Source: Octopus vulgaris
Taxonomy: Eukaryota
Direction of reading: 5' to 3'
Length of the DNA stretch: 64,000 nt
Assembly (NCBI GenBank): GCA_951406725.2
Contig: OX597817.1
Span: 63,240,001-63,304,000, forward strand
Shown here one piece after another: positions 37,838 through 50,431 of the stretch (position 1 is its first letter; every line of letters begins with the position of its first letter). The notes under the pieces were generated by a model. The model was not told the DNA's origin. It saw only the letters and a program-made list of their open reading frames with translations, and did no database searches. A program made the translations under genes and the position numbers.

Positions 37838-37927
<90 letters not shown>
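37668..37927. repeat. Long (CA)n microsatellite
   Basis: Directly visible; further large tracts at 13418-13570, 38410-38488, 38691-38781, 39799-39868, 40497-40590, 40864-41090, 42906-43133, 43714-43790, 44760-44941, 46377-46600. Confidence 0.95.
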
Positions 37928-37930
<3 letters not shown>

Positions 37931-38406
37931 TTTCCAACTGTTTCCATATCTAGTGCATTTACGAAATGTCGGTTTCCGTTCTTCAATATTCTCTTCCATT
38001 TCTTCCGCATAGCGGTAGTCAACAATGTAAGAGATATTTGGGAAAGTTCGTGCTCGAAATTGACTCTTATGAAATCTCTGAATGATTCCCTCTTCTTTCA
38101 GTTGAATTGACTAATCTGTAGTAACACTATTTTGTTATTTTATAAGATTTCATTTTATCGCGGCCACATTCTTAGAGAGTCTGAAGACACGTTGGAGAAG
38201 CAAAGAAAGTTCAAAATCGGAGAAATCAACTAGAGATTAATGTTCTATGCACTAGTGAGACGGGTGGTGATGGATTAGATACCAAAGAAATTTTATATCG
38301 AATGGAAACGAACAAATTTAACCAGACAACAGTGAGTGTTTATTGAGCGAAAACCCCTAAGGATCTACGAAGCTCCGGTAGGGGGTGGTGGCGAACCCTG
38401 CTGTAC

Positions 38407-38492
<86 letters not shown>

Positions 38493-38688
38493 AGATGCAG
38501 CGCGAAGTTTTGTCAGTGAACAGGTCGCGGTCTCAAAGCGTCGAAAATATTTTGACAAATTAAATTTAAGTGTTGAAGTGAATCTAACGGTTTTGTGTGT
38601 TTCTTAAATGGCTTATAAACACCTTCCACGTTGCAATTGTTTTCGTTCCAGCACACGATCTCAGATCAAGTCACTCGCTATGCAAGTA

Positions 38689-38785
<97 letters not shown>

Positions 38786-38809
38786 CACTGTTCCGTAATG
38801 AGAGATACA

Positions 38810-39190
38810 TCTCTCTATATATAAACGGCCTTTTGTCTGTGCGTGTCTGTGTGTCTGTTAGGTTGTACCCTCATCCTGACCACGGCTTTCAACCGATTCT
38901 GATGAAACTTGACACACACATAGCCCAATGTCATAATTCAAAACTAACGCAGCGAAAATTTTGAAAAGTTCCCCCAGTTCTGAAAAAGATCGATAAATTC
39001 GACATGGGGTCGACAATCAGAAACACAAACCACAGATGGTCTAGGGGGCGCAACTCGACCTTTTTAACTCTCAAAAAAATTTACCATCATTTTTTTCCCA
39101 TTTTTTGGCTATTTTTTGGCTATAACTCTCTAAAAATGCTTTATAGTTATTTCCCTTACAAACCCGAGCAACGCCGGGCGATACTGCTAG
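38810..39190 (+). mobile_element. Non-autonomous Helitron-like element (family H2)
   Basis: A|TC start, subterminal hairpin cccgagcaacgccggg, CTAG|T end, no TSD: canonical Helitron termini. Confidence 0.85.
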
Positions 39191-39303
39191 TATCATTTAA
39201 AATTGAGCTGCTATTAATTTTATACAGCATGAAACTAACAGTAGCTCAAACTCAAACCCTGTGTCTATTAAAGGAAGAATATATCTATATATTTTATCGT
39301 TTA

Positions 39304-39524
39304 CGAGGGACTGCTGAAAAGTTCCTGACTTGAAGAGTATCGCTAAAGGCCTGGTTAGTTGGGGGTCTACCCTTCCAAATTCTTTTACAGGGCTTAGAAA
39401 AACTGAAGGACTGCCACTATAAGTGTGTGAATCTGAGAGGAGAATATGTTGAATAAAATCGTAATTAACTGATCCTCTTGTATTTTGTTTTATCCAAAGC
39501 CAGGAACTTTTCAGTAGTCCTTCG
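39304..39524 (+). mobile_element. Mariner-derived MITE (about 220 bp family)
   Basis: TA-cgagggactgctgaaaagttcctg ... caggaacttttcagtagtccttcg-TA. Confidence 0.88.
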
Positions 39525-39587
39525 TACTTTTCATTTGTTGCAGTCTTATTCCATGTTTAAGTTATAGGGACGTTAAGCGGTTGTAGG

Positions 39588-39627
<40 letters not shown>

Positions 39628-39795
39628 CAGTCTTCTGTAAGTTTTTGTGTGTAGGTTTGGTCAGCCCGAGGTTATAGAAGAAGACACTTGCCCAGGGTGC
39701 CACGCAATGGGACTGAACCTGGATCCATGTGATTAAGAAGTAAAGTTCTTTGTTACCATATAACGGGCGAAAAGCACACACAGAGAATCAAACAC

Positions 39796-39870
<75 letters not shown>

Positions 39871-40493
39871 GAGAGTGAAAGAGAGAAATGTGTGTTTCCA
39901 TAATCTCATGGTAACTCATTGACATTCATTTATTTCTTCATAAACTTGTGTACGGTCTACTTCCTGTGATTCACTCAATATTTGTCTCTCTGTCCCTCCT
40001 CTCTCTCTATCCATTTTATATCTCTCTTCTCAGGTACCTATCTATCAGCCAGTTTGTCTGTTTCCCTCTGACTCTGACTTACTTATATACACTCCTCATT
40101 ATTTCTTCGTCTATTTATACATATGCACTTCCATGCATGTGGTCATGCACACACATTCATCCATGCACGTATATATATATAATATATATGATGGGTACTG
40201 TTATTTATATCCCCCCTAAAGAGATTGATAAATAGCTGACCCTTATTCATCCTGCTGGACGTATTTTGGATGTTTCCATCGAAACATGTGTAGGAAATAT
40301 GAAGATTTTAATGATTTAATAACATCTTGAGCGTTTGTCTCCTTTTTCTCTTTCCCCTATTTTCTCCTAAATACGTCTTGCTTGTCTCCAGCTTCAAAAT
40401 CCCACACAAGTGGATCCATTGATTGCTTGGACATTTAAGCAACATTTAGCTACCTTGTACTTATTCATTCAGATCCTTCCTATATATTGTACA

Positions 40494-40593
<100 letters not shown>

Positions 40594-40884
40594 TTAAAAA
40601 AGAGAGACAAAGACAGGCAGAAAGAAGGAAAATGTCCCTTGCATTTGAAAACTATGGAAATATATTTAAAGAAAAAACATCTCCTTTAATTTTTCCACAA
40701 TTTAATTGTTTTTCATACTTTACTCTAAGTTGAAAATGTCGCAATGACTGAAACCGGTACTAAAACGTTCTTCATGAGAAAATAATTTTAGCATTTTCTA
40801 CCTTGTCTTATTTGTCTTATATATATATATCAACTTGTGTGTTCCTTTTCAACCTTCTACATGCATACATACATACATACATAC

Positions 40885-40924
<40 letters not shown>

Positions 40925-40932
40925 TATGTATA

Positions 40933-41014
<82 letters not shown>

Positions 41015-41311
41015 TATATGTATGTATATATATATTATATGTATGTATATATATACACACACACACACATATATATACATACATATACACTCTCTTGTAC
41101 ATAAACATAATTATTTAATTATTTCGTTATCAATTTATCTGTCTTTTTATTTGTGCATCTTATCTAAGCTAATCTTCTTAACTATTTATTGAGTCCTTTG
41201 TGGCATTGCGCTTCAGATTAGATCGGTCGGATTGTGTTCCGATCAACGTACATACAAATGTATATCTATATATGAATAAGTCATATATAGACACCACTCA
41301 CACACAGACTT

Positions 41312-41412
<101 letters not shown>

Positions 41413-41556
41413 AGGCGTGGGAGTGACTGTGTGGTAAGTAGCTTGCTTACCAACCACATGGTTCCGGGTTCAGTCCCACTGCATGGCACCTTGGGCAAGT
41501 ATCTTCTACTATAGCCTCGAGCCGACCAAAGCCTTGTGAGTGGATTAAGAATCCCG

Positions 41557-41558
<2 letters not shown>
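41413..41558 (+). mobile_element. SINE family A, 5' half, ending at its internal (TA)n
   Basis: aggcgtgggagtgactgtgtggtaagtagcttgcttaccaaccacatggttccgggttcagtccc. Confidence 0.85.
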
Positions 41559-41618
<60 letters not shown>

Positions 41619-41620
<2 letters not shown>

Positions 41621-42895
41621 GGTTCGTAATACTTTTCGGAAAACAAATTAAATCGAACCTTCCCTTGCAGTTCCGTGAAGCCGTTGCTAGGAACTTTCCC
41701 AAAAATTCTAGATATTATTCTATTATCAATTCACACATAGTTAGAATCGCTTTCTCTGACACTAGAAATCTTTCACAAATTATATCTTCTCACAATACCA
41801 AGCTGCTAAATAAAGGTTATTCACCCGGGAGTTCCAGCATTAATCTTGCTAATTCCAACCCATCATATAATCATAATAATAGGAATAGTATTAATAGTAA
41901 CAGCAATGGTAGTAGTGATAGTGTTAACAATGATAATAATAATAATAGTAATAGTCGTGTTAATAACAATGGTAATGTTAATGGTAATAACAATAACGGT
42001 ATTATTGTTGATTATATTATTGGTTGTATTACCATTAATAATACTAACAATAATAGGAATAGTGTTGTTGGTGGCGCTAGTAATAATAGTAACAACAATC
42101 ATAGCAGTAAAAACTTCGTGTAGATCTCGGAGGACAACCCCAACAGAATTCTATTTACCCGTGTAGAATTTCTTCCGGTACCGATGTCTTCTTCTATATA
42201 GGAGCGTCCACTTCCCAGTTATCCAAGAGAATTTCAAACCATTATTCAACATTCAGAGATAGTAAAAAACGACATAGTACAGGGCTAAGTAAATTAGTTT
42301 GGCGTCTTAAAGACAATAATATAAGTTAGATTGGTTCATACTGTCTGTATCCTTTCCCTTTGATAAAGGCCGAAGATTTTGTAACATTTGCAACTCTGAA
42401 CTCTTCCATATTTTCTTCTCTAAGGTTCCCCTTGTAAACACACTCATAGAGAAATTGTACAAATGCAAACACTGGCAGAAACATACTTTTTACTCATATA
42501 AATGATTACGATAGTCATTGTGGTTTGAACAATTAGCTTAACATGCACTCCACTTCAATAGCGAAATCCTTTCCTAAGCCTTTGAACATTCTTTTAATCA
42601 ACGTACCCTTCCCTCTCCTCTTGTTCCCTACCTATTATTCCTTTAACCCTTCTCTTCCTCTATACAACTTTGACATCAACTCTACTAACGGTTTTTTAAA
42701 AACACTTATTATCGTTTTGTTTACCATGTAGGCAGTCATCGTAATGTTTGTTTGTCTTGTTGAGAAAGGCCCCCTTTCTTTCCTTATGAGAAGATTGCAT
42801 CTTGCACCGTTTATTCCTTTGGAATGAAACCATGTTGTCTTCGAAACATATGTCGAGAGTAAAGGAATTTTGTTAACATCTTCGTTCAACTCCAT
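41619..42895 (+). mobile_element. Penelope-like retroelement, 5'-truncated, with GIY-YIG endonuclease remnant and 3' terminal region
   Basis: IWFVILFGKQIKSNLPLQFREAVARNFPKNSRYYSIINSHIVRIAFSDTRNLSQIISSHNTKLL matches the PLE post-RT region; then NSIY...FFYIGASTSQLSKRISNHYSTFR...STGLSKLVWRLK and, after a frameshift, FCNICNSE...LVN...EKLYKCKH; flanked by (TA)n/(TACA)n. Confidence 0.88.
42773..42865 (+). ncRNA. Type I hammerhead ribozyme fold in the Penelope 3' end (G5 mutated)
   Basis: Stem I cctttctttc / gagag(t)aaagg; core CTTATGA (42783-42789); stem II gaagattgcat / atgttgtcttc; GAAA (42843); palindromic stem III ACATATGT; GUC triplet ending 42854. Confidence 0.75.
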
Positions 42896-42944
42896 TTATT
42901 TATTTATATATATACATACATACATACATACATACATACATACA

Positions 42945-42994
<50 letters not shown>

Positions 42995-43027
42995 CACATA
43001 CATATATATATATATATATACACATAC

Positions 43028-43120
<93 letters not shown>

Positions 43121-43713
43121 AATATATATATATCTTGTGCACTGGATTACTGTTCTGGCATTTGGTCTCGATAAACTTTCGTAACTGCCTCAGGATGTTG
43201 GCATAGTCTTCTTTAAACTGTCAAATGTCAGATTAGCTGGATAGGAACAATGCAGTTATTGATAAGAAGTGTTGAAATCAATGCTAGCAAGATTTCACAG
43301 CTCTAGCATGACTCCTTCATAGTCAGCCAATGAAATTTTCAGCCCACCCTTATATTTTCAGTTCTAACAACTGGCTTTTAGTATCTTGATGGTTAAGCAG
43401 CATGATTACATATATGTGTGATAAGAAGCTTGCTTCTCAACCACATGGTTTCAGGTTTGGTCCTACTACGTGGCACTTTGAGCAAGTGTCTTTCACTATA
43501 GCCCACGGGCCGATCAAAGCCTTGTCAGCGGAAGCGGATTTTGTAGACGGAAACTAAAAGTGGTTCGGCAAAATAGACACCAATGGAACAAATATCAGAT
43601 TTTTAAAAATTAAGTAATGGGATCGATTTGTTCGACTTAAACGGTTCCAGGTGGTGCCCCAGCATGGCCGTAGTCAAATGGTTGAAACAAGTAAAAGATT
43701 AAAAAAGATACAT

Positions 43714-43792
<79 letters not shown>

Positions 43793-43920
43793 GTTCTATG
43801 CATGTTTTTCTTTGAAATTTATTCAATTTCATTTGTAGAATTCAAATTGGTCCCTAAACAAAGCGACAAGGAATTTTGGATTGAGTCAACACAATTCCAG
43901 GCATTTGCGAAAAATACGAA

Positions 43921-44072
43921 CTGTGTGGTAAGTAGCTTGCTTACCAACCACATGGTTCCGGGTTCAGACCCACTGCGTGGCACCTTGGGCAAGTGTCTTC
44001 TACTATAGCCTCGGGCCGACCAAAGCCTTGTGAGTGGATTTGGTAGACGGAAACTGAAAGAAGCCCGACGTA

Positions 44073-44167
<95 letters not shown>

Positions 44168-44373
44168 TCGTGTGTCTGTATTTGTCCACCCCCCAACATC
44201 GCTTGACAACCGATGCTGGTGTGTTTACGTTTCCGTAACTTAGCGGTTCGGCAAAAGAAACCGATAGAATAAGTACTAGGCTTACAAAGAAAAAAGTCCT
44301 GGGGTCGATTTGCTCGACTAAAGGCGGTGCTCCAGCATGGCCACAGTCAAATGACTAAAACAAGTAAAAGAGT
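43921..44373 (+). mobile_element. SINE family A, near full-length with expanded internal microsatellite; an older copy at about 43415-43705
   Basis: Box A/B-like head, internal (TA)n(TG)n, tail gcatggccacagtcaaatgactaaaacaagtaaaagag. Confidence 0.88.
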
Positions 44374-44879
44374 ACATAGGCGGTAAGCGTATGTGTGGAT
44401 ATACTGGTGGACGAATGGTTAAGAAGTTCATTTTCTAATAACAACGTCTCAGGTTTGACGGCATGGCATCTTGGGCAATGCTTCTTTTGATCATCGATTT
44501 GAGTTGACAAAAATAACCGGAAACTGTTCGAATGCTTACCGGATGGATTTGTCTCATGCACTGTGTGACACTGATTCTACTGAGATTAAGGCTAAATGTG
44601 TGTGTCTTTGGTATACACAGCCACTTACACGCTAATTCAATGGTCATGCAGTGCAGTTGATCGAACTGAACGATCATCATCAAAACCGACGAAAATCCAT
44701 TTTCTACGTTGCTGTCATATAACGAGTGCATGTCTCTCTAGTATACCATAGTACACTAGTATGTATGTATGTATGTATGTATGTATGTATGTATGTATGT
44801 ATGTATGTATGTATGCGCGTATGTATGTATATGTGTTTCATTATTCATGTATGTTCGAGTGTCTATTACATGTGCGCGC

Positions 44880-44944
<65 letters not shown>

Positions 44945-45200
44945 GAGTCGTAGGATCGCGGTTTCGATTCCCAGACCAGGCGTTGTGAGTGTTTATTGAG
45001 CGAAAACACATTAAAAGCTCCACGAGGCTCCGGCAGGGGGTGGTGATCCCTGTTGTACTCTTTCACCACTCTTTCTTCTGTTGGCCTGGTCGCGTAGCCA
45101 GCGGGGTGGCGTCATTCGAAGGCTAAAACAATGCGAACGCATTGTGACCACCAATGTGTAACAACATCTGATGGTCTGGTCAGTCACGTGGTCACGTGAT
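44945..45200 (+). mobile_element. SINE family C between (TA)n tracts
   Basis: gtcgtaggatcgcggtttcgattcccagacc...ggtcagtcacgtggtcacgtgat; matches 21945-22228. Confidence 0.82.
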
Positions 45201-46087
45201 ATATATATATATATATGTATATGTACATATATATATATATACACACATGTATATATATATGTACGTATATTGGTTTCCAATTTCAGTACAAGGGATGGAA
45301 GTAAGTCGATTACATCGCGTCCCAAAGTCGACTAGGCAGAATTTAAACTCAGAACGTAAAGACGGACGAAATGCCGCTAAGCATACGATCCTCTCAGCTC
45401 GGCCGCCTTAAGTATACATACATATATTACACACACGCTTGTATATATGATAGCTGTTGAATCGACAGACAAGTACGATCATCACTTACAAGCAATGACG
45501 TGCCAAATATCGACAATGTCTATACAAAATTTTAGATCCAAAAGGTCTTGTACGACCTCACAGCCCCTCTCTACCATATCGACATGATCCAGAGACAATC
45601 CAGGGCAAGACATCCAGTACCAATATGGATCGCAAGCTCAGGAATTTGGAAGCGATATGATTTCAAGCGCAAGCAAAAAATCCGCAAGATGTCCAATGCC
45701 ATTCCCTGCATATCCGGTATTATATTAGAGTGACCTCCTAAAGACATGCTTTAACAAAAACTGAGGGGTGTCTTATTCCCAGGGATCTTCCAGCACGCTG
45801 GAAACCAAACCGACATTTCTGAGCGCCTGTACTATATCGCTAGATAGCAATGGGTTCAACTGTCACCTTTAACAGGTTTGTTTTTAGGCCTGAAGGGTTT
45901 CTAGCAACCATCCTCACCAGGCTAGCCTGCTGGGGGTGCCGGTTTAGTCGCCGACGAGGCGACTATGTAACAAGTACTACTAGATTTCATGTTGCCAGTA
46001 GAGACCCATCCATCCATCCACCCGCCCACCCATCCATCCATCCATCCATCCATCCATCCATCCACATACACACAGACAGACAGACAG

Positions 46088-46330
46088 GTTATAAATTCAC
46101 ATTTTTACTAATAATAATTGGTGCACTTGGCATTGTGAATAAATGCCAAAGTGACAATCTGGATAAGCTAGTGTATTCAGAAAAAGAAACCAACTCGCAC
46201 ATTACGAATAGAATCTTTGAGTGGAACAGTAAAAATATGCAAGACTTTCCTCAAGTTTAGAATGTGATATTGTTTTTGTTATTTACATTCCAACGATGGA
46301 ATTTTGTATATTTGTTGGAATCCAGCTCCG
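46088..46330 (+). mobile_element. R4/Dong-like (restriction-like endonuclease) LINE extreme 3' fragment
   Basis: [27 protein letters not shown]...SLSGTVKICKTFLKF* resembles the iviGalG...GT..I C-terminus of RLE-bearing non-LTR elements; flanked by microsatellites. Confidence 0.5.
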
Positions 46331-46438
46331 TCAGAAAGAATTTAAATAATTAAGAGCAGCTGAGAACATACATACATAAACACACACACACACACATGTA
46401 TGTATGTATGTATGTATGTATGTATGTATGTATGTATG

Positions 46439-46469
<31 letters not shown>

Positions 46470-47479
46470 GTATGCATGCATGCATGTATGTATGTATGTA
46501 TGTATGTATGTATGTATGTATGTATGTATGTATGTATGTATGTATGTATGCATGTATGTATGTATGTATGTATGTATGTACACATACACACACACACACA
46601 TGTTCTTTTGCTTGTTTTAGTCGTTGGACTGCGCCTATGCCGAGGCAGCGATCGTAGTAGAAGACACGACCATTTACGTATGTGTACACATGCATGTTTT
46701 ACACCCATTAAAAACCTTACCTAAATGATTTTGTGAGACAATTTTCGATTTGCTATAGATTAAACCCGCCCCTTAAATAAAATGCAATAAAATATATAAC
46801 AATAATAATAATAATAATAATAATAATAGTCATTTTTTTTTATTAGCCACGGAAGCACAAATGAGGGGACATCACGAAAACAGACAACAGTTTGTGTGGG
46901 GATTTACATAAATAATAATAATAATAACAATAATAATCGGGTTTGATTTCCTTTGCAGTCCATTCATACTTGCTCTAACATGACAGTCAATGTTGTGTCT
47001 ACACGTGGTTATATCTTTCCCGTTGACTGCGTCAACTGCTTCCGTAAATATATTAAGTACCCAGACATGGAGAGAACCCTACATAGTGACTCGATCTGCT
47101 GCTATAAGTGAACAAATCTCTCGCAAAATCACAGCTTAATTGTCTTATAAAAGATAAGAGTTAGCATATTAAATATTACCGAGTATAAAAGTTACGGAAT
47201 ATTGTTCACTGTGGGTCTGTCTGTTTAAATTTGATCTAACAGCCAACAAGCAAGGCAAAAACAAGAAACAAAAATAAGAAGAGCCCCAATCTTCCGAAAT
47301 TTAGTTTTGTAATACTCATATATTTATATTTTAATGAGTTATATATCCGTCGGTTCTAGCTCTATCATTAAAATTCTATGCATATTAATTATTCAATTAA
47401 AATAGCATCTGTAATTAGTATAAATAAATATACTATAAAACACTGTTGAAATAAAGATTTGTCTACAGTAAATGTTATT

Positions 47480-49190
47480 GTTTAACCCTAAATTTGCCCT
47501 GTTAATCTAAAGCGTTCCAACCGTTACCATCACGTCTTTTACCACAGTGTATCTAAGATTACATTGTGTCCTTTCTTTATTTAAGACTGTAGGGTGAGAC
47601 TTAACGGAAATTAACTGCCATTTCTAGCATGTCGAGTGACTTGCGTAGAGGCTCCTTCGTTGGTTCGTGTCTGCAACAGTCTTGTGAGCTCAGACTGAGC
47701 AGACCTATAATTAAGCGCGTTCCAGATGTGACTACTCATTTTAAATCCAGATATAGTGTACCTAGGATAATCTCGGACTACATTATCCAATGTCACCTTT
47801 AAGGATGATTTGGATGCTATTTATAGCAGGTTGAACGAATGAATGCGTAGGAGAGGCCCCTACATTAGTTTGACCTGAGAATTAACGTGTTTATCGTAGT
47901 TGTTTGACCTCACAACGGCTCTGAATTATCAAATCTACAATAAAAGACGTATCAGACGTGACCATATGTCTCCCCAGCCCCGCCTAAGATATATTTTCTG
48001 AGCCTTCTTTTTTTTTTAAACAGAAAGTGTATTCTGAGGGAAATCTGGCTACTATTTCTAGCAGGTCGAATGTCTGTGTATGTAGCTTACTGGTGTCTGT
48101 AATAATGCTATTTAACCCCATCCTAGTTGGCCCTGATTGGGAAAACTTAGGATCAGAGGCGTTCCTGCCATAATCACCCTGTTTTTGTATATCTAAATCT
48201 GCATTATCTAACGTGTCCTTCTTTTCCTAAAACGATAGCATGTAATTTTAGGAACTTTTAACTGCCAAATCTAACAGATCTAGCGACTACGTAGAAACGT
48301 CTTCTTTTGCTCTGATTCCGAATGTGGTGCATGCATAACCTACTTTACATACATTGGTAATCAACAACTAACTTCCAAAATCTTCTTTAGAACTGTGTTT
48401 TGTTAAAAGTAATTTTTCTACCAAGGTCACATGAAAATATCTCCACCTCCTTTCAAAAATTGCAACCCATTTTTTTTTTATGTGCATATCCATTTTTGCT
48501 TTCTAAATTTCCTTTTGCAAATCCGTTTTTCCTTTCTAAATTTCCTTTTGCAAAACCTTAAGATAATTTTTTTTACTAACCTATTTATTCATTCTGCACT
48601 GCATTGCAGCAAAGCTGCTTTGAGTTGACACCTCATATACTTGTTCAGTCCAAGACTAGCCCCGAACAAGTAAATTTATCATATTAAGCGCAACAACGGC
48701 AACCATCCCATTTTGTTTTTAATTCAGATTTGTTTATCTTTTATTTTTTACTGCGGCCATACTGGAGCACCGCCTTGACTAGTTTAGTCAAATAAATCGA
48801 CTCCAGTACTTTTTTCCCCCTAAGCCCCCTACTTATTTTATCGTTTTTTCCTGCCGAACCGCTAGGTGGCGGGGGCATAAACAAACCAACACCGGTTGTC
48901 TAGTGGAAGAGAGGGGCAAACACAGACATAAAGATACGCACACATTCACCACACACACACATATATATATATAAACCACGGTCTTAAGGCCCATGGTACC
49001 ACACAGTGGGACCGAACCCAGAATCTATGAAGTTGGGAAGCAAACTTCTTGTCACACAGGCACATCTACGCAGTATTTTAGACATTATTTAATGTCTTTT
49101 TCCGTTTAAAACAGTAGATATAATTTATATTTAGTTTCTCTTTCTAGCATATGAAGCGACCACGTCGTGGCTGCCCTTGTTGGTTGGTCC
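47480..49190 (+). repeat. Old tandem array of a ~200-bp interspersed repeat (about 5 units; last one split by a SINE A at about 48738-49070)
   Basis: Units start near 47480, 47680, 47900, 48110, 48640, each with tttaaccc..(a)gcgttcca..gtgaccat..acattat..aatgt..gctatttctagcaggtcga..gtagaggc; same family at about 23165-23440, 24015-24130, 24440-24610, 28170-28350, 32080-32222. Confidence 0.7.
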
Positions 49191-50299
49191 TCCTCCCCAT
49201 ACTTTATAACATTAGTCAACCAATCAGCTGTTATAAACCACTGAAAACATCACCTCATAGTAAAGTTCCTTTTACTTCTCTTATCTCTCACTATTCCTCA
49301 TCCTCCTACTCCAATAGTTCCGACTAGTTACTCTCCACATGCTGGTAGAAAGTTTTTTTTTATGTCTTACTTTTCTTTTAGTTTAGTTATTTTTTTGTTC
49401 ATTATTAATTTCCCGCCACTTCGTCGACTTAGCAGATTCTTTGCTGTCATCGTAACAACTTAGAAACTGACCTGGATTAAGTCGTCGCTTTCACTTCCTT
49501 CCTTCGTTGCTTATAGTGAGTACCTGGATTTGTATTTATGGAATTGTGGAGATACCAACATCAATGTCTTTGGTATTACTGCCTGAAAACCTGACTAAAA
49601 TTCTGGTCGTTCAGGAAAAGAAGAAAAAAAAAAGGAAAAGGATAAACTTTTTATCGATGCTGCTCCGCTAAAAAATTTTCAACGTCGGCTAATAGGCTAG
49701 GCTGGTAGTAAGCTTTCTAATTTTTACATTGATTTTTTTTAATTTAATTTTTTTTTTCTTTTGTGAAGTTTATTAGTAGACAGTTATGTAGTAATGGCAT
49801 CATGCTAACTTCTGTCTTCTGTTTCGAACTTAGATTTACAAGCACCACATCATTATCACCATCGCTTGTTGTCAACGCCGCCTTTCCTCGTTTACCACTT
49901 CTCTGCCGTCGCCAATCACGTACTATAGAATTCACTCCATCACCACCATCATCAGACAGAGGTGACTGCTGCCACCGCGACCTCCCTCCCTTCCATACAG
50001 ATACTCTCACAACAGTTTCGCTTCTACCACGTTGATGCATGTCTACTCTTACTATTACCATTACTACAACTACTACTCTCATCTTAATCGAAGGTGAGGC
50101 AAGCCCTGGAGATAATTAATCTCTCTTACCTTCACGGTTACTATATAATATTACTACGAGAGAGAGAGACACACACACAATCAGACAGACAGACAGACAT
50201 ACCGGTATTCAACCGAAGCACCAAGTTTGTCAGGCGTCTTACTACTAGTGTAGTGTTCCACTAGTCCATTCTAGTGCACCACTAGTAAACCTGCTCAAA
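49180..50299 (+). promoter_or_regulatory. Putative promoter/5'UTR of the RB-like gene with E2F site and CCAAT boxes
   Basis: Repeat-free, relatively CpG-retaining ~1.1 kb upstream of the ATG; TTTCCCGC at 49409-49416 (E2F consensus TTTSSCGC); CCAAT at 49220, 49311 and 49912; DRE-like TATCGATG at 49652. Confidence 0.55.
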
Positions 50300-50431
50300 A
50301 TGGGTCTGTCCGGAGATGAAGATGTGGAGCAAAGATTCTCCAATTTATGTCGAGATCTTAACATGGACAGAAGTAGCCAAGAGGAGGCGTGGGAATCTTA
50401 TCGTAGGATTCGCACCTACTTTGTACTTGAG
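50300..50431 (+). CDS. RBL1: Retinoblastoma-like protein (p107/p130 type, RBL1/RBL2 co-orthologue), first coding exon
   Basis: AAAATGG start; MGLSGDEDVEQRFSNLCRDLNMDRSSQEEAWESYRRIRTYFVLE closely resembles the recalled vertebrate p130 N-terminus (QQRFDELCSRLNMDEAARAEAWDSYRSMSESYTLE); donor GAG|GTAAGC at 50432. RBL1 versus RBL2 cannot be resolved from 44 aa. Confidence 0.9.

Noticed and set aside
41413-41480. tRNA genes at SINE heads (also about 22228, 37160, 55000)
   Set aside because: Only box A/B-like remnants followed by SINE bodies; no full cloverleaf.
49744-50082. ORFs of 112 aa (-) and 90 aa (+) upstream of the RB-like ATG
   Set aside because: Low-complexity, no recognisable domain; better explained as GC-richer promoter/5'UTR.
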